A DNA stretch of 64,000 bases from the NCBI GenBank assembly GCA_003009755.1, contig PXUB01000029.1:3164-67163 (forward strand). Reading direction: 5' to 3'. Position numbers and translations under genes: made by a program. The notes beneath the pieces are model-generated. The model had not been told where the DNA came from. It did no database searches and saw nothing but the letters and a program-made list of their open reading frames with translations. The DNA is from Thermoplasmatales archaeon SW_10_69_26. Its GTDB lineage: Archaea > Thermoplasmatota > SW-10-69-26. This document shows, piece after piece, positions 48,196-56,638 of this stretch (position 1 is its first letter; each line of letters starts with the position of its first letter).

Positions 48196-48245
48196 CACAC
48201 GGCCAGGAAGCCTCGGACACAGAGGGGCCAGAGGACGACAGAGGT
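48196..48245 (+). repeat. Degenerate CACAGAG-type periodic repeat after thyX
   Basis: GACACAGAGGGGCCAGAGGACGACAGAGG, 9 nt periodicity like family C. Confidence 0.45.
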
Positions 48246-48306
48246 CGGCGACGGTGACTGGGGCCGTCGTTAAGTAGGAGGGGTTGGCAAGCCTTGCTCG
48301 TGGCTT

Positions 48307-48594
48307 ATGTCCTCACCTGTTTCCTCCCTCAGCTCCAAGCCCGTGCGCGATGCCCGTGACCGTCCCTTCGGCCGCGTCGCCGGGTCCCAGGTCCAGCCCG
48401 ACACGCGCGGGCCCTCCTGGCTCCTCGTCGAGCTCGCTCCGGAGGCCGCCGGGGAGCTGAACGGCGAGGGCCGGTTCTGCTGGCTCCCCTATGCGGCGGT
48501 GGGCGGCATCCGCCGGGATGCGGTCAGGTTGGCCGAAAGCGCCGGCCTGGTGCTCGAGGAGGTCGACGGACCGGTCTCGCGGCCGCAGCCCTAA
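48307..48594 (+). CDS. PRC-barrel-like protein
   Basis: K.VRD..D..FGRV......LLV...LPYAAV..I..DAVRL; TTAAG upstream. Confidence 0.55.
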   Translation: MSSPVSSLSSKPVRDARDRPFGRVAGSQVQPDTRGPSWLLVELAPEAAGELNGEGRFCWLPYAAVGGIRRDAVRLAESAGLVLEEVDGPVSRPQP

Positions 48595-49796
48595 CCCTGA
48601 TCGGTCGGCTCGACGGCGTCGGCGGACCGCCGGGCGCGCTCGCGAGCTTCGTCGGTGGAGTCGCCGCGAGCCACGGCCACACCCATCCGCCGGCCGGGGT
48701 AGGCTTCCGGCTTGCCGAACAGTCGCAGCTCGCTGGTGGGCACCGACAGCGCCTCGGCCACGCCGTCGTAGGCGGGCATCGCCAGCTCCTCGTCGGCGAG
48801 CACGACGGCGCTGGCCGCCGGCGAGGTCGCCTCGATCTCGGGGATCGGCAGGCCGAGGATCGCGCGGGCGTGCAGCTCGAACTGGCTGGCGGGCTGGGAG
48901 GCCAGCGTCACGAGCCCGGTGTCGTGCGGGCGCGGCGAGAGCTCGCTGAACAGGACCTCGCCGTCGTCGACGAAGAACTCGACGCCGAAGATGCCCCATC
49001 CGCCCAGGCCCTCGGTGACCTCCCGCGCCATCTCTTGGGCGTCGGCCAGGGCCTGATCGGGCAGATCCGCCGGCTGCCAGGATTCGCGGTAGTCGCCGTC
49101 GCCCTGCGTGTGGGCGACCGGCGGGCAAAAGCTCGTCCCGTCGGCGTGCTGCACGGTCAGCAGGGTGATCTCCCGATCGAAGTCGACCAGGTCCTCGACG
49201 ATGACGCGCCCCGTGTCCGACCGGGTGCCTTCGACCGCCGTCGTCCACCCGTCCTCGATCTCGTCCTCGGTCTCGACCACGCTTTGGCCCTTGCCCGACG
49301 AGGACATCGTCGGTTTCACGACGACCGGCAGGCCGATCTCCTCGACGGCCTCGCTGTAGGCTTCGGGACCGTCGGCGAAGGCGTAGTCGCTCGTCGGCAG
49401 GCCCAGGTCGTCGGCGGCGAACTCGCGGATCCACTGGCGGTCCATCGTCAAACGGGTCGCTTTCGCGGTCGGGATGACGTTGTGGCCCTCGTCCTCGAGG
49501 GCCTGGAGCTCGTCGGTCGCGATCGCCTCGATCTCGGGCACGATCAGGTCCGGGTCCTCGCCTTCGACGATCTTGCGGACCTGGCCGGCGTCGGTCATGT
49601 CGATGACGTGCGATCGGTGGGCGACTTGCATCGCGGGCGCATTCTCGTAGCGGTCGACCGCGACGGTCTCGACGCCCAGCCGCTGGGCCTCGATCAACAG
49701 CTCCTTGCCCAGCTCCCCGGAGCCCAGCAGGAGCAGCTTCGTGGCGTTCCCGGCGCGCGGCGTTCCGAGCTGGTCGAGGTCCGAGGTGGGCATCAC
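48591..49796 (-). CDS. purT: Formate-dependent phosphoribosylglycinamide formyltransferase
   Basis: [51 protein letters not shown]...RRMGVA. Confidence 0.97.
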   Translation of the reverse strand: MMPTSDLDQLGTPRAGNATKLLLLGSGELGKELLIEAQRLGVETVAVDRYENAPAMQVAHRSHVIDMTDAGQVRKIVEGEDPDLIVPEIEAIATDELQALEDEGHNVIPTAKATRLTMDRQWIREFAADDLGLPTSDYAFADGPEAYSEAVEEIGLPVVVKPTMSSSGKGQSVVETEDEIEDGWTTAVEGTRSDTGRVIVEDLVDFDREITLLTVQHADGTSFCPPVAHTQGDGDYRESWQPADLPDQALADAQEMAREVTEGLGGWGIFGVEFFVDDGEVLFSELSPRPHDTGLVTLASQPASQFELHARAILGLPIPEIEATSPAASAVVLADEELAMPAYDGVAEALSVPTSELRLFGKPEAYPGRRMGVAVARGDSTDEARERARRSADAVEPTDQG

Positions 49797-49847
49797 CGCC
49801 GCGACAGGGGTGGACGGTCAAAAGCCTGCCGGCAGCGGCGAACCGGA

Positions 49848-50231
49848 CTAGGCGGGGGCGTGGCGCTCCTCCTCGAGCTCCTCGAACAGCGCCTCGACCT
49901 CGCGCTGGCGGATCGGCTTCTCCAGCACGTCGAAGGCGCCCAGGGCGACGAGCTGCCGCACGCGGCCATCCTGGGGGTCCAGCGCGGTCATCGGGACCAG
50001 ACGCAGGTCGGGAGCCTCCTCCATGAGCACGGCGCCGATCTCCTCGCCGGGGATGTCGGGCAACACGAGGTCCAACAGCACCAGGTCGGGCGATCGAAGA
50101 TCGCAGAACGTCAACGCGTCGCGAGCCGCGTCGACCTCGTGGATGTGGTCGGCGGGCACACCGATCTCCTCCAGGATGGCTCGGACCGTGTTCCGGACGC
50201 TCTCGGCGTCGTCGACGACGAGCACGTCCAT
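49848..50231 (-). CDS. Stand-alone response regulator receiver
   Basis: VLVVDD, PDLVLLD..LPD, MTA, KPI. Confidence 0.92.
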   Translation of the reverse strand: MDVLVVDDAESVRNTVRAILEEIGVPADHIHEVDAARDALTFCDLRSPDLVLLDLVLPDIPGEEIGAVLMEEAPDLRLVPMTALDPQDGRVRQLVALGAFDVLEKPIRQREVEALFEELEEERHAPA

Positions 50232-50354
50232 CGCGACCGGTCGATCCCAACCCTGGCTCGGCATAAGCGAAGGTTGTCAGGTCCCCCTACATGCGGGCCT
50301 GTGTGCCCGAACATGTTCGGGACCAGCGCGGCCGAGCGGGCCTGCAGACGGGGG

Positions 50355-50515
50355 CTGTAAGGATAAGAAATGGGGGGGACCACCATGTACGCGAAGGGAC
50401 GCCAGGGCACAAAGGCGAGCAGCTGCCGTGACAAAGCCGCCCGGCGGCGAGTACACAGGCCCTTCGTGGCCTTGGCGATCCTTCGTGTCCTTCGCGGCCC
50501 TGCTTAACGAGACAG
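50355..50515 (-). mobile_element. MITE-like element, family B, copy 2
   Basis: Reverse complement of 15573-15736; lies at the 5' end of the FKBP-like gene. Confidence 0.75.
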
Positions 50516-51729
50516 TCCTCGCCATCTCCCTGGTCACGGTCGGATGCGCCGGCCCGGCCGGGGAGCAGGTCGAGGACGCCGAGGCGATGACGCTATCGCC
50601 CGGCACCGACGCCGGCATGCCGCTCGTCCTGAACGAGACCAACAACACCGAGGACGTCACCGTCTCGACGAGCGAGGCGGGCGTCGAGGCCTCCCTGTCC
50701 GAGCCCGGCGAGGACGCTCCCGAGGGCTTTGCCGGCTGGCTCACCGTGTCCGCCAGCAAGGATGCCGAGGACGGGCAGCGGATCATCGAGGTCAGCGTCG
50801 ACGACGAGGAGCGCGAGCTCCCCGTCACCGTCGACGAGGCCGACGAGCCGGTCGAGATGGGCCAGACCGCCAACCTCACCTTCTCGGCTCGCACGCTCGA
50901 GGGCGAGCTCGTGCTGACGAACGACGCCAACGCGACCTCGGCCCCGATCCCGCAGGCGGCCTCCTTCCAGGAGCCCCGCAGCTTCGGTCCGACGTCGGTG
51001 CAGATCTCCCAGCGCAGCCAGCTTCCCACCGAGCTCGTGCAGGCGATCAACGGCTCCGAGGTCGGGCACAGCCTCACCGTCGAGGTGCCCGAGGTCTTCG
51101 GTCCCGAGAAGGTCGAGGATCAGACCGCCCGCGAGGAGACGATCGAGCGCGAGACGGAGATCCCCAACCAGCTCGACCTCCCCCGCCGCCAGGCCCAACA
51201 GCTGATCCCCCAGGACGCTCAGGAGGGCGACGAGGTCGACGTGCCCGTCACCCGGGACGGCCAAGGCGTCCCCTACGTGATCGAGAGTCTCGGTGAGCGC
51301 CAGGTGAGCCTCGCCATGGCCCTCGACGAGGGCGCCAACGTGACCCTCTACGAGGCCTGGCCCGACCAGGCTCAGGTGACCAACACCACCGGCGAGAACG
51401 CCACGATCCAGCTCTCGCCCGACGTTAAGGAAGGCCACACGCTCACCTGGAACGAGAACTGGGGCAACGTGACCGAGGTCACCTCCTACACGAACGAGAC
51501 GATCGTCCTCCGCCACACCCCGGAGATCGGCACCACCTACGAGACGACCGACCGCCGCTCGCAGCAGGCGATCGAGACGGAGGTCGTCGACCTGACCGAG
51601 GATCAGGTCATCCTCGAGCAGACGAACCCGCACCCGCTCGCCGGGCAGACGATCGTCTTCGACGTCACGATCGAGAGCGCCCAGGACGCGCCTCAACAGC
51701 CCCGCCCCCCGCAACGACCGCAGCGCTGA
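50485..51729 (+). CDS. FKBP/SlyD-like PPIase-domain lipoprotein (5' end interrupted by element B)
   Basis: VTVGC lipobox, HPLAGQTIVFDVTIE FKBP C-terminal motif, long insert-in-flap. The only in-frame start near the lipobox is a GTG inside the MITE. Confidence 0.75.
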   Translation: MSFAALLNETVLAISLVTVGCAGPAGEQVEDAEAMTLSPGTDAGMPLVLNETNNTEDVTVSTSEAGVEASLSEPGEDAPEGFAGWLTVSASKDAEDGQRIIEVSVDDEERELPVTVDEADEPVEMGQTANLTFSARTLEGELVLTNDANATSAPIPQAASFQEPRSFGPTSVQISQRSQLPTELVQAINGSEVGHSLTVEVPEVFGPEKVEDQTAREETIERETEIPNQLDLPRRQAQQLIPQDAQEGDEVDVPVTRDGQGVPYVIESLGERQVSLAMALDEGANVTLYEAWPDQAQVTNTTGENATIQLSPDVKEGHTLTWNENWGNVTEVTSYTNETIVLRHTPEIGTTYETTDRRSQQAIETEVVDLTEDQVILEQTNPHPLAGQTIVFDVTIESAQDAPQQPRPPQRPQR

Positions 51730-51964
51730 TGCCTCACCCGGGTGAGGCCGGCCGCTCGCGGGTGGCCCCAGCGGCCGCCTGCAGGCTCGGCCACGCGCTC
51801 GACGGGATCGAACCCGTGCTCGGCCGCCACCGGCCGGCGGGGGTCGAGGTCGCCTTGACGTCGTAGAGGACCCGCCGGCCCTCGGGCGTCTGGAGGGACT
51901 CGACGGCGACCACGTCGGTCCCGGCCGCCTCCACGATCCGCCGGCCAGTCTCGACGGCTTCCTC

Positions 51965-52276
51965 GGGCTGGGCGTCCTTGTCGCAGTGGGACCCTGGTCT
52001 GGGCAACGGGGCTGGCCTGGACAGCCGGTGGCGTCCCGAGACGCGGGGAAGATCGTTCGCGTCTCGGCAAAGGACGACCGCCGAGCGGTCGTCCGGACAG
52101 GCCTCCGCAGGTTCGATCACGAGAGCCGAAGGGGGGTGGCCCGGCTCTCGTGAGAGCCCGAGGGCGGCGAGGTCGCTCGCCTTCGGGCGGATCGCCAGGG
52201 CGCGGCGGCCACGGTTCGGGCCTTGGCGAGAGCAGGTCCGGCCGGAGGGAGGACGTGCGGAATCCTGCCCCCTGCA
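51965..52276 (+). pseudogene. tRNA-Leu pseudogene split into three pieces by two hairpin inserts
   Basis: 51965-52033 (leader + nt 1-51), 52098-52116 and 52260-52276 match consecutive parts of 52300-52402. Confidence 0.9.
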
Positions 52277-52317
52277 TCGCAGGGTTCTTCCAACGCGCTG
52301 GGCTGGGCGTGCTTGTC

Positions 52318-52402
52318 GCAGGGGTACCCTAGTCTGGGCAACGGGGCTGGCCTTAAGAGCCGGTGGCGCAGGCCTCCGCAGGTTCGAATCCTGCCCCCTG
52401 CA
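52318..52402 (+). tRNA. tRNA-Leu (TAA)
   Basis: GCAGGGG/CCCCTGC-A acceptor, CTGGC-CTTAAGA-GCCGG anticodon arm, long variable arm, GCAGG-TTCGAAT-CCTGC T-arm; CCA not encoded. Confidence 0.95.
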
Positions 52403-52520
52403 CTGACGGACTCGAGCCAAGGATGGCGGGGCAGGATGAGAACCCTGGTTCGATCCGGAGATTCGGCGGAGAAGGGGATGAATCTGCGGAGCGGCCGAAC
52501 GAGCACCGCGAGTTCGGCCA

Positions 52521-52550
52521 GAATCCTGCCCCCTGCACTGACGAACTCGA
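52521..52550 (+). repeat. Direct repeat of the tRNA-Leu 3' end plus trailer (att-like)
   Basis: GAATCCTGCCCCCTGCACTGACGAACTCGA, 29/30 identical to 52386-52415. Confidence 0.9.
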
Positions 52551-52683
52551 CGAGGGCCCGCACCCCCTTCCGAGGCCGTTTCGACGAGAGCATCGCCTCC
52601 CGAGGCGGTCTTCTCGGCTGAGACGAGCTGTGGGACAGGACCGAGAAGCGAAGGCTTATGAACGGAGCGCGCGTGGCCCTCGC

Positions 52684-52878
52684 ATGGCCACCGGCAAGGT
52701 CGCGTTCTTCCACGATCGGAAGGGCTACGGTTTCATCGAGACGAGCAGTGCCGACGACGACGTTTTCTTCCACGCGGAGGACTTCGACGGCCCCGACCCC
52801 GAAGAAGGACAAGAGGTCGAGTTCGAGATCGAGCAAGCGGACCGCGGTCCCCGGGCAGTGAACCTCGAGTTCGCGTAG
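52684..52878 (+). CDS. csp: Cold-shock domain protein
   Basis: MATGKV.FF...KGYGFI...DVFFH....GPRAVNL. Confidence 0.95.
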   Translation: MATGKVAFFHDRKGYGFIETSSADDDVFFHAEDFDGPDPEEGQEVEFEIEQADRGPRAVNLEFA

Positions 52879-52943
52879 CGGCTCCTTCCGTCCGTCTCGG
52901 CCTTCCCGCCGGCCCCTCCCGGGTGCCCGGTGCGGCTCCCATC

Positions 52944-53102
52944 GAACATTTTTCGTTCCGAGGGCCTTGGCGTCTCTCGACAGGGTGAAAAAGACGGATC
53001 TTCGGCAACGAGGAAACCTCCTCGGGAGCGACCCAGCCGCCAGCGTCGCTGGTCTCGGGCGCGGTTGGATCCTCGCGCAAGGCTCCCTCGGCTTGACGGG
53101 CA
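52944..53102 (+). repeat. Multi-hairpin dispersed element, family A, copy 3 (diverged, internally deleted)
   Basis: Shares CTCTCGAC.GGG.GAAAA, GACGGATCTTCG, CCAGCG.CGCTG, GTTGGATCCTCGCGCA and TGACGGGCA with 28447-28667. Confidence 0.75.
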
Positions 53103-53285
53103 GTGGTGTAAGTCCTGGCGTGGGGGGTCCGACGCCGGGAAACGAGATCCTCGGCGAGGAGGGGAACGGGGGTCCGGCGTCCGTCGGCCGGCGCCTTGGA
53201 CTTCGTGGAGGACCATCCCCCCGGGCGACCGTCCGCGGCTTCGAGACCCCTCAGGCTTTCATAGCTCGGTTGCGGTGGCTCGCTC

Positions 53286-54314
53286 ATGCGCGCGTTCGGC
53301 TTCGAACAGCACGGCGGTCCCGAGGTCCTCGAGCACTTCGAGGTCGACCGGCCCGAGCCTGGCCCTGGCGAGGTCCGGGTCAAGACGGAGGCGGTGGCTC
53401 TCAACCACCTGGACATCTGGGTGCGCGAGGGCTGGCCGGGTCTGGATCTCGAGCTCCCCCACGTCCTCGGCACGGACACGGCCGGCGTCGTCGCCGAGAC
53501 CGGTCCCAACGTGCAGGGCCTCGACCGTGGCGACCCGGTCGTCGTCAACCCGGCCCTGTGGTGCGGGTTCTGCCGCGCTTGCGAGCGCGGCGAGCAGTCG
53601 CTTTGCGAGAACTTCACGATCCTCGGCGAGCACGTGCGCGGCAGCCTCTGTGAGGAGGTCGTGGTGCCGGCCCGCAACGTGCTCGTCCGACCGGGGCGCC
53701 TGGAGACCCACGAGGCGGCGGCCGTTCCGCTCGTGTTCCAGACCGCTTGGCGGATGGCCAACCGCGGCGACATCCGGCCCGACAACATCGTGTTCGTGCC
53801 GGGCGCCGGCGGCGGCGTCGCCACCGCCTCGATCCAGATCGCCAAGCACCTGGGCGCGCAGGTCATCGCTTCCACCAGCAGCGAGGAGAAGGCCGCCAAG
53901 GCCGAGAAGATCGGTGCCGACGACGTCGTCGACTACACCGAGGACGACTGGGGCGAGCAGGTGTACGACCTAACGCAGGGTGAAGGCGTCGACGTCGTGC
54001 TCGACAGCGTCGGCGAGGAGGTCTGGGCCGAAGCCCAGCGCTTCCTCACGGACGGCGGCGACCTCGTCTGCTGCGGCGCCACCAGCGGCCCCCAAGCGCA
54101 GCTGGATCTGCGCTACGTGTTCTACAACCAGCTGAGCTTCGTCGGATCCACGATGGCGTCCGCCAGCGAGTTCGACGAGATCATGAGCCTGGTCTTCAAC
54201 GGCTGGATGGAGCCGATCGTCGACTCGACGTTCAGCTTCGAGGAGGCGAACAAAGCCTTCGAGTACCTGGAGGACGGCCGCCAGTTCGGCAAGGTCGTCG
54301 TCGAGACGGCCTGA
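53286..54314 (+). CDS. Zn-binding MDR-family oxidoreductase (alcohol dehydrogenase/quinone reductase-like)
   Basis: ALNHLD.WVR.G.PG, structural-Zn CGFCRAC..G..SLC, GAGGGVA, QFGKVV. Confidence 0.92.
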   Translation: MRAFGFEQHGGPEVLEHFEVDRPEPGPGEVRVKTEAVALNHLDIWVREGWPGLDLELPHVLGTDTAGVVAETGPNVQGLDRGDPVVVNPALWCGFCRACERGEQSLCENFTILGEHVRGSLCEEVVVPARNVLVRPGRLETHEAAAVPLVFQTAWRMANRGDIRPDNIVFVPGAGGGVATASIQIAKHLGAQVIASTSSEEKAAKAEKIGADDVVDYTEDDWGEQVYDLTQGEGVDVVLDSVGEEVWAEAQRFLTDGGDLVCCGATSGPQAQLDLRYVFYNQLSFVGSTMASASEFDEIMSLVFNGWMEPIVDSTFSFEEANKAFEYLEDGRQFGKVVVETA

Positions 54315-54326
54315 CGGATCGCGCCG

Positions 54327-55856
54327 TCACGGGACCTGGGTTCCGTCCTCCGCCCTCGGGGGATCGAACGTGGGCCAGGTGGCGATCTCGACCTGGCGCC
54401 CGGTGGTTTCCTCGAGGTTCGCCATCGAGAGGGCGAGGTTCGAGATCCCGACCGCACCCGGCGGGACCACGTGCAGCGTGACGATCGTCCCGACGGCGTC
54501 GCCCTCGGCGTCGATCACCGGGCTGCCCGAATCGCCGCCGGTCGGGGGCATGCCGAAGTGCGCCATGGTCGAGTCCTCGTTCTGCTGCAGCACGACGCCG
54601 GTCCGCGAGTCGCCGACGTTGGCGTCCTCGCCGGCGTCGCGGACGGGCGAGTTCGCGTACGGGTAGATCTGGGACCCCACGCTCGGCGGTTCGGCGATCC
54701 CCGTCGGTCCACCCCAGACGCGCAGCGCGGGATGCCCCTCGTCTCGGGCCTGATCGGGGATCTCGAGGAGGGCGAAGTCGTCCCAGTAGCCGGGATCGGA
54801 GGGCCGCGTCGTCGGGCACGTGAGCAGATCGAGGAGGGCGGCGTGGCTGCAGTGGGCCAGCCCGGCCTGGATCTGCCCGTCCGCGATGCCAACGGGATCG
54901 CCGAGGTCGAGGCCGCGCACGCAGTGGGCGGCGGTGCCGACGTAAAGCGTCCGATCGTCGGGGGTCGAGAAGACGAAGTTGCCGGTACAGATCGGCAGGC
55001 CCTGGACGTCGCGCTCGCCGAGCGTGACTCCGGGGCGGAACGTGGCCTCGTCGAGGTTGGGCCAGCCGGGGTCGACGGTGTCGTTGCCGGCCTCGGGGAC
55101 GAGCGTGGGGACATCGGGGGCCTCGGGGTTGGCTTGCACGGTCAACGTGGCCGTGAAGGCGACCGGCTCGGCGGCCGCCTCAGGTGTGCGTGGTCCCCCG
55201 TCGTGAACGCAGGGGTCGCCTCCGGTCGGCGCTTGCTGTTGGGGGCACCGCGTGACGTGGACGCTCCAGTTCGTCGGCTCCTCCCGAGCGAGCGCGGAGA
55301 CTCCACAGCTCGCCTGTTCCTCGCCGGCGTCCTGGCAGAGGAACGTCGTGTCGGGGGCGTCCAACTGCGTGGCCAGCGCCGCCGGGCTCTCCAAGGCCAG
55401 CTCGGCCTCGACGGTGTAGGCGGTCGTCGTGGGGACCTCGATGGCCGCCTGCTTGCCCAGCGAGGTGTTCGCGGAGGCGAGGCGCTCGTTGGCGGCGGGC
55501 AGCTCGTCCTCCCAGGTGAACACGATCGTCGAGTCGTTCACGCGCTCGCGATCGGCGCCCTCCATCGAGAGGTTGCCCAGCCGGGGCTCGTCCTCGTCCG
55601 TGTCGTTCCCGGCGTCGCCGTCGTCGGCTGATTCGTTCGCCGTAGCGTTGTGATCGGTGGGGGCGGGCTCGGGATCGGCCTCCCCAGTTCTGTTGGACCC
55701 AGCGTACCTCTCCCCGTCGGCGTTGGCGTCCTCCTGGTCTGTCGTCTCCTCGGACGCGAGGGGATTGACAGGAGCACGAACGTCCAGAGGAGGGCCCCCG
55801 GCGCCTCCGGCAACGATCAGGACAGCCAGGCCCAGGGCCAGCAGGCGTCGGTACAT
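54327..55856 (-). CDS. Secreted trypsin-like (PA clan) serine protease
   Basis: Signal peptide; CTGNF, TAAHC, DFALL, GDSGSPV with the triad intact. Confidence 0.88.
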   Translation of the reverse strand: MYRRLLALGLAVLIVAGGAGGPPLDVRAPVNPLASEETTDQEDANADGERYAGSNRTGEADPEPAPTDHNATANESADDGDAGNDTDEDEPRLGNLSMEGADRERVNDSTIVFTWEDELPAANERLASANTSLGKQAAIEVPTTTAYTVEAELALESPAALATQLDAPDTTFLCQDAGEEQASCGVSALAREEPTNWSVHVTRCPQQQAPTGGDPCVHDGGPRTPEAAAEPVAFTATLTVQANPEAPDVPTLVPEAGNDTVDPGWPNLDEATFRPGVTLGERDVQGLPICTGNFVFSTPDDRTLYVGTAAHCVRGLDLGDPVGIADGQIQAGLAHCSHAALLDLLTCPTTRPSDPGYWDDFALLEIPDQARDEGHPALRVWGGPTGIAEPPSVGSQIYPYANSPVRDAGEDANVGDSRTGVVLQQNEDSTMAHFGMPPTGGDSGSPVIDAEGDAVGTIVTLHVVPPGAVGISNLALSMANLEETTGRQVEIATWPTFDPPRAEDGTQVP

Positions 55857-55909
55857 GCCCTGGGGTGGGTGTGTGGGCTGTTGAGTCGTGAGGCCACGGG
55901 GTTAAAATT

Positions 55910-56206
55910 TCACGATCCGCCGTTGCGTTTCGAGGTTCGACGCGTCCGATCGCTGATGGTCGGCGCCTCGCCCAGTCGCGCCTCGATCTCGGCTTGCCGG
56001 TCCTCGTGGCTGCGCTTCTTCTTCAGCAGCCGCTCGGCCTGCGGGTTCAGGGACGTCGGGCAGCGTTGGCAGTTGACGGTGCCCAGCTCGCCCTCGATCC
56101 GCTGGATCTTCTCCTCGAGGCGCCGGTACTCGCGCTCGAGGGTTTCGCGCTCGTACTCGTCGGGCTCGTCCAGGCCGAGCCACCGCTTGACCGTCGCGAA
56201 CACCAC
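55910..56206 (-). CDS. Small helical-hairpin/coiled-coil protein, paralog 1
   Basis: VKRWLGL..YERE.L.REY.RLE.KIQR; paralogous to 56250-56531. Confidence 0.85.
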   Translation of the reverse strand: MVFATVKRWLGLDEPDEYERETLEREYRRLEEKIQRIEGELGTVNCQRCPTSLNPQAERLLKKKRSHEDRQAEIEARLGEAPTISDRTRRTSKRNGGS

Positions 56207-56249
56207 GTCGTGGTCCTCCTAAGGCCTCTTCAACTCTCGCTTGAACGGC

Positions 56250-56531
56250 TCAGTCCCGGCGCCGGGCCTGCCCGCCGGTCTTCGGGGGCCCGCCGAGCTT
56301 GGTCTCGACCTCGTCCTGGCGCTTGCGGAGCTTGCGCATCTCGTCGATCAAGCGCCGCGCCTTCGGGTTCTGCTTCTTCTTGCTCTTGGCGGTGGGCGTG
56401 TCCTCGAGCTCGCGCTCGCGGCGCTGGATCTTGCGTTCCAGGCGTTTGTACTCGCGCTTCAGGGCCTCGCGCTCGTAGCCTTCGGCTTCGTCCACGAGCC
56501 CGAGCCACTGCTTGAGCTTCCCGAGCACCAC
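56250..56531 (-). CDS. Small helical-hairpin/coiled-coil protein, paralog 2
   Basis: GTG 56531: VVLGKLKQWLGLVDEAEGYEREALKREYKRLERKIQRRE...; highly basic. Confidence 0.85.
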   Translation of the reverse strand: MVLGKLKQWLGLVDEAEGYEREALKREYKRLERKIQRRERELEDTPTAKSKKKQNPKARRLIDEMRKLRKRQDEVETKLGGPPKTGGQARRRD

Positions 56532-56638
56532 CCCAAGCAGGCCGGCGGATGCGCCTTGAAGGTTGCGCCTTGCACCCGCCCACCCCCGGCTGGGCCGCTC
56601 GGGGCTGGCGGCGTGGGGAGCCAGGGCCTCGTCTTCCC

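Noticed and set aside
51983-52276. Functional two-intron tRNA-Ser(GGA)
   Set aside because: The spliced product would have an acceptor mismatch, G8, G14 and C37, and a Leu-type body; no bulge-helix-bulge motifs seen.
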